NCBI GenBank assembly: GCA_963697135.1
Contig: CAVOMZ010000009.1
Location: forward strand, 14,301 to 78,300
Direction: 5' to 3'
DNA from: an uncultured Chloroflexia bacterium
GTDB taxonomy: Bacteria > Chloroflexota > Limnocylindria > Limnocylindrales > CSP1-4
Length of the DNA stretch: 64,000 nucleotides
In this document: positions 18,762 through 29,009 of the stretch, piece after piece
How the letters are laid out: every line of letters starts with the position of its first letter
Numbering within the stretch: position 1 is the first letter of the stretch
The notes under the pieces: generated by a model
Told to the model about the DNA's origin: nothing
The model's input: only the letters and a program-made list of their open reading frames with translations
Database searches by the model: none
Made by a program: the position numbers and the translations under genes

Positions 18762-19517
18762 TCAGCGCCGGCCGCGCCGGGACGTGCGATCCGTTCGCAG
18801 GGTGAGGGCCAGGGCCGCGTTGATCCCGACGAGGAGGAACAGGAGCACGGGCAGGCCGGCCGGCAGGCCGTCCTGGTCATCGCTTGCCAGGGTGGCCGTC
18901 TCGGGAGCCGTCGAGCGAGGGGTCGCGGTCGCGCCCTCGATCCCGCCCGAGCTGGTCGGAGTCGCGCTGGGCGTGGGTGCCGAGCTCGGTGACGGACCGG
19001 CGCTCGAGCTGGCCGAGGGACTGGGCGAGCTGCTCGGCGTCGGACTCGCCGACGGGCTGCCCGAGGGACTCGGGCTCGGCGAAGGGCTCGGGCTGGGCGT
19101 TGGCGACGGCCCCGAGCTCGGGCTGGGCGTCGGCGCCGAGCTTGGACTGGGCGTCGGCGCCGAGCTTGGACTGGGCGAGGGCTTCGCACTCGGGCTCGGC
19201 GATGGGAGCGCGCTCGGCGTCGGCGACGGACAGGATGGAACCGTGATTCGATGGATGATCGAGCCGTCGGAGAACGTGATCATGTACGTCGCCGGGGGCA
19301 CCTGGTAGGTCCCGTTGATCGAGGTCGTGCTGTTGGGCGGGCTGATCACGATCGGGCCCGGGGTCAGGGTGGCCGATACGCCGTTCGGAACCTTGCCCAG
19401 GGTGATGTGGTCGCAGGTCGCAGTGGCGGTATGGGCCAGCGTGGGCGCCACCATCAGGGCAACGAGGATCAGCGCACCGACCGTGCTCGCGACCAGTCGT
19501 CGGATCGTTCCTGGCAT
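18762..19517 (-). CDS. secreted Pro/Ser-rich protein with signal peptide and C-terminal TM anchor
   Basis: The N-terminus is [31 protein letters not shown] and the middle is a long (PS)n/PSPSSAPT region. The C-terminus is [35 protein letters not shown]. Confidence 0.75.
   Translation of the reverse strand: MPGTIRRLVASTVGALILVALMVAPTLAHTATATCDHITLGKVPNGVSATLTPGPIVISPPNSTTSINGTYQVPPATYMITFSDGSIIHRITVPSCPSPTPSALPSPSPSAKPSPSPSSAPTPSPSSAPTPSPSSGPSPTPSPSPSPSPSPSGSPSASPTPSSSPSPSASSSAGPSPSSAPTPSATPTSSGGIEGATATPRSTAPETATLASDDQDGLPAGLPVLLFLLVGINAALALTLRTDRTSRRGRR
19123..19179. repeat. 24-bp tandem repeat (ctgggcgtcggcgccgagcttgga x2 plus a partial copy) within the Pro/Ser-rich coding region
   Basis: Direct reading. 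The repeat encodes duplicated PSPSSAPT units on the minus strand. Confidence 0.8.
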
Positions 19518-19761
19518 CGTCGGAACCTCTGCCTCCTGCCGCCGTGCACGCCAACTCGGAGGGCACGTCCGGGTCTGGCGTGGAGCACGCTGATCGTACT
19601 CGCGTCGGCCGACAGAAGTACCGGCCCGACGCACGGGGCGCCACTCGGACCGGCTCGGAGACACCCGGGCGCCAGCACCTGCGGGTCCGCTCGGCCGGGT
19701 GCGGTCCAGAAATCAATCCCCGGCCGGCAGCGGGCCTCAGGCGAAGCGCCCGCCGCGACCG

Positions 19762-19851
19762 TGGCGGAGAGGCTGGGATTCGAACCCAGGGAAGGCTTGC
19801 ACCCTCTGCGGTTTTCAAGACCGCCGCATTCGACCGCTCTGCCACCTCTCC
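19762..19851 (-). tRNA. tRNA-Ser (anticodon UGA), 90 nt with long variable arm and encoded CCA
   Basis: The rc reads GGAGAGG...GGTCTTGAAAACC...GGTTCGAATCCCAGCCTCTCCGCCA. It has a 7-bp acceptor stem, anticodon loop CUUGAAA and a T-loop GTTCGAATC. Confidence 0.95.
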
Positions 19852-19913
19852 GGTCGGCGAGGATACCCCGATCGGGTTGGGCCGTGGACCGGGCCTCGTA
19901 CCCCGACCAGAGG

Positions 19914-21260
19914 TCAGCCGGCCGGGCTGAGACGGTCCCGGCCGAGGTAGGGCCGGAGGACCTCGGGCACGGTTACCGATCCATCCGGGTTCTGGAATGT
20001 CTCGAGGATTGCGGCCAGGACCCGGGGCAAGGCCAGGCCGGAGCCGTTCAACGTATGGACCAGCTCGGGCCGCGCCCCCGGCTCCGGCCGGTAGCGGACG
20101 GCCATCCGGCGGGCCTGGAAGTCCCGGAAGTTCGAGCATGAGCTGACCTCGAGCCAGCGCTCCACGCCGGGCGCCCAGACCTCCAGGTCGTACTTCCGGC
20201 CCTGGGTGAAGCCCATCTCCCTGGTCGCCATGAGCAGGACCCGGTAGGCCAGGCCGAGGCGCTGGAGGAGATCCTCGGCCCGCCCGGTCATCCACTCCAG
20301 GGCCGCGGGGCTGGCCTCGGGCCGCTCGAAGAGGACCATCTCGACCTTGTCGAACTGGTGGACACGAAGAATGCCCCGGGTGTCGCGGCCGGCCGCGCCG
20401 GCCTCGCGCCGGAAGCAGGGCGAATAGGCCGCATAGCGGACGGGCAGCTGGGCGGCCTCGAAAATCTCGTCGCGATGGAGGTTGGTGACCGGAACCTCGG
20501 CTGTCGGCACGAGGTACAGCTCGTCGCGAGTCACGACGTACATCTGGTCTTCCTTGTCCGGGATCTGGCCGGTGCCCCGGGCCGAGGCGCTGTTGACCAC
20601 GGCCGGCGGCCAGATCTCGGTGAACCCGTTCTCGCGGGTGTGGACGTCGAGGAACCAGCTGATCAGGGCCCGCTGCAGGCCGGATCCGTAGCCGCGGTAG
20701 ACGGGAAACCCCGAGCCGGCGATCTTGGCCCCCCGCTCCAGCTCGAAGAGTCCCAGGCGGTCCCCCACCTCCCAGTGCGGCCGGCGCTCCCAGGTTGCTC
20801 CGCCGGCCGGGGCGTCGGCTCCGACTTCGCCGGTCAGCGGCTCGACCTTGGCGAGCTGATCGCCCCAGGTCCGAATCGTGACGTTTGCCTCCTCGCCGCC
20901 GACGGGAATGTCGAGATCGGCCGGGTTCGGGATCCGCAGGAGCAGGTCATCCAGGGTCGCCTCGACCGTGGCCAGCTCGGCGTCGACGGCCGTGATCCGG
21001 CTGCCGGCGTCGGCCGAGCGGGCCCGCAGGCCCGCCAGCTCAGGCCCGTCGGCGGAGGCGCCGCCGCGGATCGCCTCGCCCACGGCCTTCGACGCGGCAT
21101 TCCGCTCGGCCTTCAGCCGATCGCCCTCGGCCAGCAGCTCCCGGCGCCGGGCATCGGCGGCAAGGGCCGCATCCACCAGGCCCGGGTCCTCGCCCTTGTC
21201 GGCAGCCCCCTTGCGGACGGCGCCAGCGTCCTCCCGGAGGCGTTGCAGGCCAACGCTCAT
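19914..21260 (-). CDS. serS: seryl-tRNA synthetase (448 aa), in frame with lysK and with no intervening stop
   Basis: It is the C-terminal 448 aa of ORF 19914..22880: MSVGLQRLRED..., FPVYRGYG, TAEVPVTNLH, YSPCFRREAG and GSGLALPR. A GGAGG lies 7 nt upstream of ATG 21260. Confidence 0.9.
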   Translation of the reverse strand: MSVGLQRLREDAGAVRKGAADKGEDPGLVDAALAADARRRELLAEGDRLKAERNAASKAVGEAIRGGASADGPELAGLRARSADAGSRITAVDAELATVEATLDDLLLRIPNPADLDIPVGGEEANVTIRTWGDQLAKVEPLTGEVGADAPAGGATWERRPHWEVGDRLGLFELERGAKIAGSGFPVYRGYGSGLQRALISWFLDVHTRENGFTEIWPPAVVNSASARGTGQIPDKEDQMYVVTRDELYLVPTAEVPVTNLHRDEIFEAAQLPVRYAAYSPCFRREAGAAGRDTRGILRVHQFDKVEMVLFERPEASPAALEWMTGRAEDLLQRLGLAYRVLLMATREMGFTQGRKYDLEVWAPGVERWLEVSSCSNFRDFQARRMAVRYRPEPGARPELVHTLNGSGLALPRVLAAILETFQNPDGSVTVPEVLRPYLGRDRLSPAG

Positions 21261-22880
21261 CGGGCGACCTCCGATCGCTCCGGCCGAGGCCGGCTCGAGA
21301 CCGGCCTGGGCCAGGCGCTCGACGACGAAGGTCGGCTCGAGGCTGGCCAGCAGCCAGCCTGCCCGCGGGCCGTTGGGCCGGCCGAGGAAGGCCAGGTAGA
21401 GTGCGCCGAAGGCCCGACCGGGGGCCAGGCCGGCGTCGCCGGCGGTCGAGAAGATGAGCGCCTGCCAGGCGGCGCCGGACGCCGGCGGGTCGGCCGCGGC
21501 CGCCCGGCCGAGGGCGGCCAGCCAGGCTCGCTGGCCCGGGTCAAGGCCCGCCGCCTCGTCGGGCAGCCGATCGTGGCGCACGGCGATCCGGGCCTTGTCC
21601 GGAGCAAACGCCTCGAGCCAGGCGTCGGCGGCGGCGGTGCGCTCATCGAGAGTGGCCTGCTCCAGGGGGGTCAGCGGCGCACCCTTCTCGGCCCTGATCC
21701 GGGCCCGGACGTCGACGCCCGGGATCTGGCGCAGGAGGGCCAGATGGGCGAAGGCCGGCCGGAACGACTCCGCGATCGTCGCCACGTCGGCCTGCGGATC
21801 GAGGAGCGAGTAGCGGAAGACGCTTTCGTGGCCGGCCGGCAGCTCGCCCCGGACCTCGCGTCCCGCCGTCGCATCGGCCAGCCGATCGAATTCGTCGAAC
21901 AGGCGCGGGATGGCGTCCGTCCCGTCGGGATCGAACTCGATCGCCGTCTGGGGCCGGGGTCGCAGGAAGAGCAGGCGGAGCTGCTCCGGCGGCACGACCT
22001 GGACGATCTCATGGGCCGCAACCCCGAGGCCCTTCGAGGTCGACATCTTGCGGCCGCCGATGTTGAGGAACTCGTACGGGACGTTGAGCGGCGGCTCCCG
22101 CTCGAAGATCTCACGGGCGATCGCGTCGGCCCGATCGCGCGAGCCGCCGGCCGTGGCAAGGTCCTTGCCGCAGGGCTCGATCGTGACCCCAAAGATGCTC
22201 CATTGGGCGGCCCACTCGAGGTTCCAGCCGAGCTTGGCTCGGCCGCCATAGGGCTCGACCCAGCCGCTGTGGCCGCAGCCGCGGGCCCAGGTCACGAGGT
22301 CCGGCCGGCATTCGTAGTAGACCCGCTGGCCGTCCCAGCGGGTCACGATCGTCGTGCCGACTCGGCCGCAGCTCTGGCAGATCACGGCCACGGGATGCCA
22401 GTCGGACGGGTGCTGGACCCGGGCGACCCGGCGATAGATCTCGCGGACCGCCTCGGCCCGGTCGAGGGCCGTCCGGATGTACGGATCGACCGCCCCGCTC
22501 GCGTAGATCTCGCTCATCCAGTACCAGCGGTCCGGCCGGATGCCGAGGCCGGCGAATGTGTCGATGAACGTCTGGGCGTGATGTCGGGCATACGAGGCGT
22601 GGCAGTCACCGGCCTGGTCGGGCACGTCGGCCAGGGGCCGGCCCATCTCGTGCTCCACGGCGTCAGGGGTCAGGAGCGCCTGGGCGTCCATCGGATCAAG
22701 GTCGTCGACCCCGTACAGGAGGGTCGTCTCGAGGCCCCGGGCACGCAGGGCGCGACTGATGACATCGAGGATCACCGGCCCGCGGAGGCTGCCCACGTGG
22801 ACCGTGCCCGACGGTGTCTTGCTGTCGTTGACGACCTGCGGCCCGTCGACCGAGGCGGCCAGCTCGCCAGCCCAATCCAT
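21261..22880 (-). CDS. lysK: class I lysyl-tRNA synthetase (540 aa)
   Basis: It is the N-terminal 540 aa of ORF 19914..22880: SKTPSGTVHVGSLRG (HIGH-like), GGRKMSTSKG (KMSKS) and CxxC...C...H zinc-like residues. It is uninterrupted. Confidence 0.9.
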
Positions 22881-22905
22881 GGCCGACCTCCCTGGCTGGG
22901 CCGGA

Positions 22906-23370
22906 TCAGCTGATCTTGGTGATCGTGTAGGCGAAGTCGCCGGCAGGCACCTTCACCACGACCCGGTCGCCCTTCTTCTTGCCCAGCAGGACCCGTCCGA
23001 CCGGCGACTCGTTCGAGATCTTGCCTTCGCGAGGGGCCGCCTCGGCGGAACCCACGATCGTGAACGACTCCGTCCCATCGTTGCTCTCGACGACGACCGT
23101 CGAACCGATCTGGACGAGCTCGGTGGAGTGGTGCTCGTCGATGATCGTGGCGTTCTTGATCAGGGCCTCGAGCGTCTGGATCCGGCCTTCGACGAAGGCC
23201 TGCTCGTTCTTGGCGTCCTCGTACTCGGCGTTCTCGGACAGGTCGCCGTGTTCCTTGGCATCGTGGATCCGCCCGGCGACTTCGGCGCGCCGGACCTGGA
23301 CCATCTCGTCGAGCTCGGTCCGGAGCTTCTCGAGACCGCCCTGGGAAAGGTAGGTGGGCTTCGTGTTCAC
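22906..23370 (-). CDS. greA: transcription elongation factor GreA
   Basis: The sequence is VNTKPTYLSQGGLEKLRTELDEM...DLSENAEYEDAKNEQAF...PVGRVLLGKKKGD, with GTG at 23370 inside ORF 22906..23502. Confidence 0.9.
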   Translation of the reverse strand: MNTKPTYLSQGGLEKLRTELDEMVQVRRAEVAGRIHDAKEHGDLSENAEYEDAKNEQAFVEGRIQTLEALIKNATIIDEHHSTELVQIGSTVVVESNDGTESFTIVGSAEAAPREGKISNESPVGRVLLGKKKGDRVVVKVPAGDFAYTITKIS

Positions 23371-23483
23371 AGTTGGATGGCCCCTCGTCGGGATCTCGGC
23401 CAGGCAGGCCTGTTGGGGTCTGGCTAAACGAAGAACTCCAGGCCTCCGCGTTGGGGCGCGGACCTGAAGTTCAGCCGGCCAGA

Positions 23484-23512
23484 ATGCTACTTCGTGCCTC
23501 ACCGAGTGTCAA
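23484..23512 (-). promoter_or_regulatory. putative greA promoter (TTGACA-17-TAGCAT)
   Basis: On the minus strand TTGACA is the rc of 23507-23512 and TAGCAT the rc of 23484-23489, with a 17-nt spacer. This leaves a leader of about 110 nt. Confidence 0.45.
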
Positions 23513-23572
23513 AGTTCGGTCAGCCTCGGAGGCGCCGCGGGGCGATCGACAGCGGGCGAATTCCCGGCCGGG

Positions 23573-24037
23573 CTACTCCGTCAGGCGGAGCAGGCGACGC
23601 TTGACCCGGCTGAGGGAGCCCCGGTCGGTGAAGGCCACGAAGAGCGTGTCGTCGCCGGCGATCGAGCCCGCAACCTCCGGCCAGCGAGCCCGATCCAGGG
23701 CGGCCGCGATCGCATGGGCCGAGCCCGGCAGGGTCCGGATCACGAGGAGCAGGCCGGCTTCGCGGATCTCGACCGGGAGGTCCCGGAAGAGCTTGCGCAG
23801 GCGGTCCTCGCCGCTGATCTCGGCCTCGACGAGGCGCGGCGGCAGGGCGTAGGCCTGGGTGCCCTCGCGGTTCACCTTGATCAGGCCCAGCTCCGCCACG
23901 TCCCGGCTGATCGTCGCCTGGGTCGTCCGGAAGCCGCGCTCCCGGAGCGCCGCGGCGAGCTCCTGCTGGGTCCGGATCGGGCGCTGGTCGACCAGGTCCC
24001 GGATCGAGCGCTGGCGGACCTGCTTCATCACCTCCAT
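23573..24037 (-). CDS. argR: arginine repressor
   Basis: The sequence is MEVMKQVRQRSIRDLVDQRPIRTQQELAAALRERGFRTTQATISRDVAELGL...GTLPGSAHA...IAGDDT (C-terminal part of ORF 23573..24910). Confidence 0.9.
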   Translation of the reverse strand: MEVMKQVRQRSIRDLVDQRPIRTQQELAAALRERGFRTTQATISRDVAELGLIKVNREGTQAYALPPRLVEAEISGEDRLRKLFRDLPVEIREAGLLLVIRTLPGSAHAIAAALDRARWPEVAGSIAGDDTLFVAFTDRGSLSRVKRRLLRLTE

Positions 24038-24051
24038 CGCGCGCGGCCCGT

Positions 24052-24879
24052 TCAGCGCGAGAGGAAGACGACGAGGACGAGGGCGGCCACGAACAGGCGC
24101 TCGACGACGAAGATCAGGTACGAGTGGCTCCGGACGAAACGGAGCATGAACGAGATCGCGATCAGGCCGGACACGAGCGCCGCGACCATCCCGACCACGA
24201 GCGGGCCGGGCTGGACGGCGACACCGGCCTCGCCCGTCAACAGGTTGCGGGCCTCGAAGATCCCCGCCCCGGCGATGACTGGGGTGGCCATCAGGAAGCT
24301 GAACCGGGCCGCGGCCTCCCGGGTCAGGCCGGCGAACAGGCCGGCCGAGATGCTCACCCCGGCCCGGCTGATGCCGGGCACGAGGGCGAACGCCTGGGCC
24401 ACCCCGATGCCCAGGGCGAGCGGGAACGAGACCCGCTCCATCTCGGTCGTCCGCCGCCCGACCTGATCGGCCAGCCAGAGGATCGCCGCCCCGATGACCA
24501 GCGCGATCGCCACGTCCTCGGCGGTCCGGACCGCCGCCTCGAGCCGGTCGTTGAGGATCGGCCCGGCGATCAGGGCCGGGATCGTGGCCACGACCAGGAG
24601 CCAGGCCAGGCGCCGGTGCGGATCGCCCCGGAACGAGCGGTCCCGGATCGTGGCCAGGCCGGCCGGGACGATCTCCAGCCAGTCCCGCCAGAAGTACACG
24701 AGGAGCGCCACGAGCGTGCCCAGGTGGAGCATCACGCTGAACGCGAGCGAGGTGATGAACGGATCGGTCCAGCCGAGCAGGTGCGGCACGATCACCAGGT
24801 GGCCCGAGCTCGAGACCGGCAGGAACTCGGTCAGGCCCTGGACGATGCCCATGACGAGCGCCTGGAGTGTCGTGCTCAT
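24052..24879 (-). CDS. uppP: undecaprenyl-diphosphate phosphatase
   Basis: ORF 24052..24879 contains GIVQGLTEFLPVSSSGHLVI and PGISRAGVSI, and is polytopic. Confidence 0.9.
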   Translation of the reverse strand: MSTTLQALVMGIVQGLTEFLPVSSSGHLVIVPHLLGWTDPFITSLAFSVMLHLGTLVALLVYFWRDWLEIVPAGLATIRDRSFRGDPHRRLAWLLVVATIPALIAGPILNDRLEAAVRTAEDVAIALVIGAAILWLADQVGRRTTEMERVSFPLALGIGVAQAFALVPGISRAGVSISAGLFAGLTREAAARFSFLMATPVIAGAGIFEARNLLTGEAGVAVQPGPLVVGMVAALVSGLIAISFMLRFVRSHSYLIFVVERLFVAALVLVVFLSR

Positions 24880-24988
24880 CCGGGGCCTCCTGCGGCCAGT
24901 CGAAGATCATTTCGAGCCGGCCGCCACCCAGCCCGGCTTCGCCGGCGACGGCGGCCGAACACGGCCGCCCTCGCCGGACGCCTCCCGG

Positions 24989-27212
24989 CTAGCGGATGAA
25001 CAGCGGGGCCATGACCAGGGTGACCGTGGCCAGCAGCTTGACCAGGACGTGGAGCGACGGTCCGGCGGTGTCCTTGAACGGATCGCCGACCGTGTCGCCC
25101 ACGACTGCGGCCGCATGGGCCTCGGTCTTCTTGCCCAGGACGTTGCCCAGCTCATCGGTCAGGTGGCCAGACTCGATGTATTTCTTGGCGTTGTCCCAGG
25201 CCCCGCCGCTGTTGTTCAGGACGGTGGCCAGCATCACGCCGGAGATCGTGCCGACCATGAGCATTCCGGCGACAGCTTCGTAGCCGAGGACGACCCCGAT
25301 GATGATCGGGAAGCTGACCGCGACGAGGCCCGGCACGACCATCTCGCGGAGGGCCGCCCGGGTGGTGATGTCGACGACCCGGGCGTAGTCCGGGCGCTGG
25401 GTGTAGTCCATGATCCCGGGCATCTCCCGGAACTGGCGGCGGACCTCGACGATGATCGCCTGGGCCGTCGTGCCGACGGCCCGGATCGCCAGCGAGCTGA
25501 AGAAGTAGACCAGCATCGCCGACAGGAGGGCCGCGATGAAGACGCTCACGTTGGAGAGGTCGACGGAGTTCAGCAGGTTCACCTCGGGGACGCCCGCGGC
25601 GATCTGGCGCCCGAGGATCAGGTTGACCTTGTCGATGTAGGCGCTGAACAGGAGGAACGCGGCGAGGGAGGCCGAGGCGATCGCGTAGCCCTTGGTCAGG
25701 GCCTTGGTCGTGTTGCCGACGGCATCGAGCCGGTCAGTGATCTCGCGGGCGCCCGCCTCGGCCCGGCTGAACTCGGCGATCCCGCCGGCGTTGTCGGTGA
25801 TCGGTCCGAAGGTGTCCATGGCCAGGATGTAGGCCGTGGTCATGAGCATGCCCATCGTCGCGACGGCGGTTCCGAAGATCCCCCCGACGTTCACCCCGTT
25901 GGCGTTGTACAGGCCTGCCTGCGAGCCGAGCCAGTGGCTGGCGAACAGGGCGATGCCGATCGTGATCGCGGTCGCGAAGGTCGTCTCGAAGCCGACCGCG
26001 ACGCCCGAGATGATGTTCGTGGCCGGGCCGGTCTTCGATGCCTCGGCGATCTCGCGCACGGGCCGATACGAGCCGGCCGTGTAGTACTGGGTGATGTAGA
26101 CGAAGGCGACGCTGGTGGCCAGGCCGACCAACGCCGGCCCCGAAGAACCAGACCCAGGTCGGGATGCCGTTGGCGCCGGCCTGGGTCCCGGTCTGCATCA
26201 TCACGTTGGTCGCGATCAGCAGCCCGACGACCGACAGGGCGGTGGTCACCCAGTAGCCGCGGTTGAGCATGTTCATCGGGTCCTCGTCCTCGCGCCCGCG
26301 GACGAAGAAGATCGCGACGATCGTCGACAGCAGGCCGAACGCCCGGACGACGAGCGGGAAGAAGATCCAGGCCTCGGGATTGGCCCAGCCGGCCGCCTTG
26401 GCGATCGCGTAGACCGCGACGCCCAGGATCATCGCCCCGATGTTCTCGGCGGCGGTCGATTCGAACAGGTCGGCGCCGCGGCCGGCGCAGTCGCCGACGT
26501 TGTCGCCGACGAGGTCGGCGATGACGCCCGGCGTTGCGCGGGTCGTCCTCCGGGATGCCCTTCTCGACCTTGCCCACGAGGTCCGACCCGACGTCCGCGG
26601 CCTTGGTGTAGATCCCGCCGCCGAGCTGGGCGAACAGGGCCACGAACGAGGCGCCGAAGCCGTAGCCGACGATCAGGAACGGGGCGGCGGCCGGGTTGGA
26701 CGAGGCCGCCGAAGGCGACGAACATCAGGTACACGCCGAGCAGCGACAGGGCGACGACGAGGAAGCCCGAGACCGCCCCGCCGCGCATCGCCACCTGGAC
26801 CGCCTCGACGAGGCTGCGCCGGGCCGCCGAGGCCGTCCGGACGTTGGCCTTGACGGCGACGAACATGCCGATGATCCCGGAGGCCATCGAGCAGGCCGCG
26901 CCGACCAGGAAGGCGACCCCGGTCCGCCAGCCGAGGTCGAAGCCGGAGTACTGGGTGTCGGCGACCAGGGGCGTGACGAGGGCCGTGATGATCAGGGTGA
27001 TGGCGACCGCGCCGACGACGGCGAAGATGCGCGATCGTCGAGTACTGCCGCCGGATGAACGCGACGGCGCCCTCGTAGATCGTGCCGGCGACATCCTGCA
27101 TCTCGGCCGTTCCGGTGTCGCGGCGCAGGACATCGCGGGCCAGGTAGACGGCGAACAGCACGGCGATCAGGCCGGCCGGCAGGATGATCAGCTGGAGAGT
27201 TGAAGCGTCCAT
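24989..27212 (-). CDS. hppA: membrane-bound proton/sodium-translocating pyrophosphatase; about 3 frame changes
   Basis: The N-terminus [15 protein letters not shown] is in ORF 26673..27293, with middle pieces in ORFs 26429..27133 and 25734..26432. The C-terminus [22 protein letters not shown] is in ORF 24989..26131. Confidence 0.9.
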
Positions 27213-27342
27213 GCGCTTGAGCGACTCCTCCTGGGGACGTGACCGGAGCGCAGATGACCGGGCGCAGCGCTTCGGGTGAGGGCGAGCGGCCACCGGGCGG
27301 ACCCGCTTGCAGGCGGGGACGAAACCTTGCAGACCGCGGGCG

Positions 27343-27372
27343 AGTGTAGCAAGCGGCCGGAGCGCGGGTCAA
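27343..27372 (-). promoter_or_regulatory. putative hppA promoter (TTGACC-18-TACACT)
   Basis: On the minus strand TTGACC is the rc of 27367-27372 and TACACT the rc of 27343-27348. AGGAGG lies about 14 nt before the hppA ATG. Confidence 0.4.
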
Positions 27373-27459
27373 ACCGGCATTTCCGCCAGGATATGCACCG
27401 GCGAGGGCCCGGTTTTCACGCCACTCTGACCGCCTCCGGGCGGCCCCGGGTCGCGCCGC

Positions 27460-27465
27460 TATACT
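27460..27465 (+). promoter_or_regulatory. -10 box TATACT 9 nt before the lepB GTG (leaderless or very short leader)
   Basis: The sequence is gcTATACTgccggacttGTG, with no Shine-Dalgarno. Confidence 0.35.
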
Positions 27466-27474
27466 GCCGGACTT

Positions 27475-28054
27475 GTGAACAAGCGCCGGTTCGGGTGTCT
27501 GTTCGAGGTCGTCGAGACACTCGTCCTGACGCTCGTCATCTTCCTCGTCATCCAGAACTTCGTCGCCCAGCCCTACCTTGTCCAGCAGATGTCGATGCAG
27601 GACACCGCTCCAGCCCGGCGACTACGTCCTGGTCGATAAGCTGACGCCGCGCTTCGGCGGCTATCACCGGGGCGACGTGATCGTCTTCACCCCCCCGTCC
27701 GGCTTCGAGGATGGCGGGACGACGCCGTTCATCAAGCGGGTGATCGGGCTGCCCGGCGAAACGGTCTCGATCCATGACGGCCAGGTCTGGATCAACGGGG
27801 TGGCCCTGGTCGAGCCGTACGTCTACGAGAACCAGCCAACCGATCCGCCGCCCGCCCAGAGCACCTGGGTCGTGCCGCCAGGCGAGCTGTTCGTGCTGGG
27901 CGACCATCGGGTCGCGTCCCAGGATTCGCGGGTCTTCGGGATGATCCAGATCTCCTCGGTCATCGGCCGGGCCTGGCTGCGCTACTGGCCGTTCGACGTC
28001 TTCGGGATCCTCCAGACCCCGACCTATCCCGGGGTTCCCTCGGCCGGTCCGTGA
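27475..28054 (+). CDS. lepB: signal peptidase I; 1 frame change at the catalytic-Ser box
   Basis: Hand-read from GTG 27475: VNKRRFGCLFEVVETLVLTLVIFLVIQNFVAQPYLVQQMSMQDT. ORF 27578..28054 then gives LQPGDYVLVDK...FIKRVIGLPGE...LGDHRVASQDSRVFG. Confidence 0.85.
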
Positions 28055-28064
28055 GACTGCCCGG

Positions 28065-29009
28065 GTGAGCCCGTTCCAGCTCGGGGCGGCGCTCGTCGTG
28101 CTGGCCGGAGCGCTCGTCGCGCTGCTCCGCCCGCGACATCCGATTCGTCCTGGGCGGGCGTCGTCGTGGCGGTTGCGGCGGCCGGCCTGGTGGCCGATCC
28201 GCTGCCGTCCCCACTGGCCCTGGCCTGCCGGATCGTGGCGGTCCTGCTCGGGATCGAGCTGGTCCTGGTCGCCGTCCGGGGTCGAGTCCGGGAGACCGGC
28301 GGGCCGCCGCTCGGCCCGGTCGGGCCAGCCCTGGCGGCCGCCGCCGCCTTCATCGTCGGCTATGCGGCCGCCGGACTCGGCGCTTCGGCGGCGAGCCAGG
28401 CCGACCTGACGGCGGTCGGGCCGGGCGCGGCGACGGCCGCCGGGTTCGCCCTGGCGACGCTCGCCCTGGGCCCGGTCCTGCTCGGCCGGGATCTGCTCCG
28501 GATCGGTGTCGGGGTGACCCTGCTGGTGACCGCGACCGCGCTCGTCCGGGCCGGCCTGGCCGGAACGCCCGGCTCGCTCGAGCAGCTCGCCTGGGCGGCC
28601 CTGACGGTGGCCGTCCTGGGAGTCACGGCCATCCTCGCCAGCGCCGCCCTCGCGATCGGCCCGAGCCTGCTGATCGACGAGCGGAGCGCCCCGGACGACC
28701 CTGTTCGAGGCTCATCGCCTGACTGGAACGCTGGCCGGGCCGCTGGCGCGGATGCCGGGCCGAACGAGGGCCGGCTCAGCCGACTCCCAGGCCGGGTCCG
28801 GCGGCCGGCGACGGCCGAGCGGGTCGCATCCGGCCGGCGCTCACCAGCTGACCCTCGAGGAGCGCCTCCAGCGGACGACGCCGAGCCGCGGCAGGCGGGG
28901 GCCTCCGGCCTCGGCGCGAGCCGGCAGCGGCTCAGTCCAGCCGATGATCGCCGAGACCGTCGAGTCCGAACACGTCGAGGCCGAACCGGACGGCGACCTG
29001 CCCGGATGA
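28065..29009 (+). CDS. polytopic membrane protein, function unknown; about 2 frame changes
   Basis: ORFs 28065..28409, 28166..29434 and 28752..29009 carry hydrophobic helices (GAALVVLAGALVALL, IVAVLLGIELVLVAV, IGVGVTLLVTATALV). The end overlaps the next ATG (ATGA at 29006). Confidence 0.5.

Noticed and set aside
18762-18860. Sortase (LPXTG), PEP-CTERM or PGF-CTERM sorting signal at the C-terminus of the Pro/Ser-rich protein.
   Set aside because: The sequence is [15 protein letters not shown]...[11 protein letters not shown]. There is no LPxTG, PEP or PGF motif, only a generic hydrophobic helix plus a basic tail.
19518-19913. A genomic island or integrated element at tRNA-Ser.
   Set aside because: There is no integrase, no direct repeat of the tRNA 3' end, and no phage or transposon genes on either side. 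The neighbours are serS and a chromosomal surface protein.
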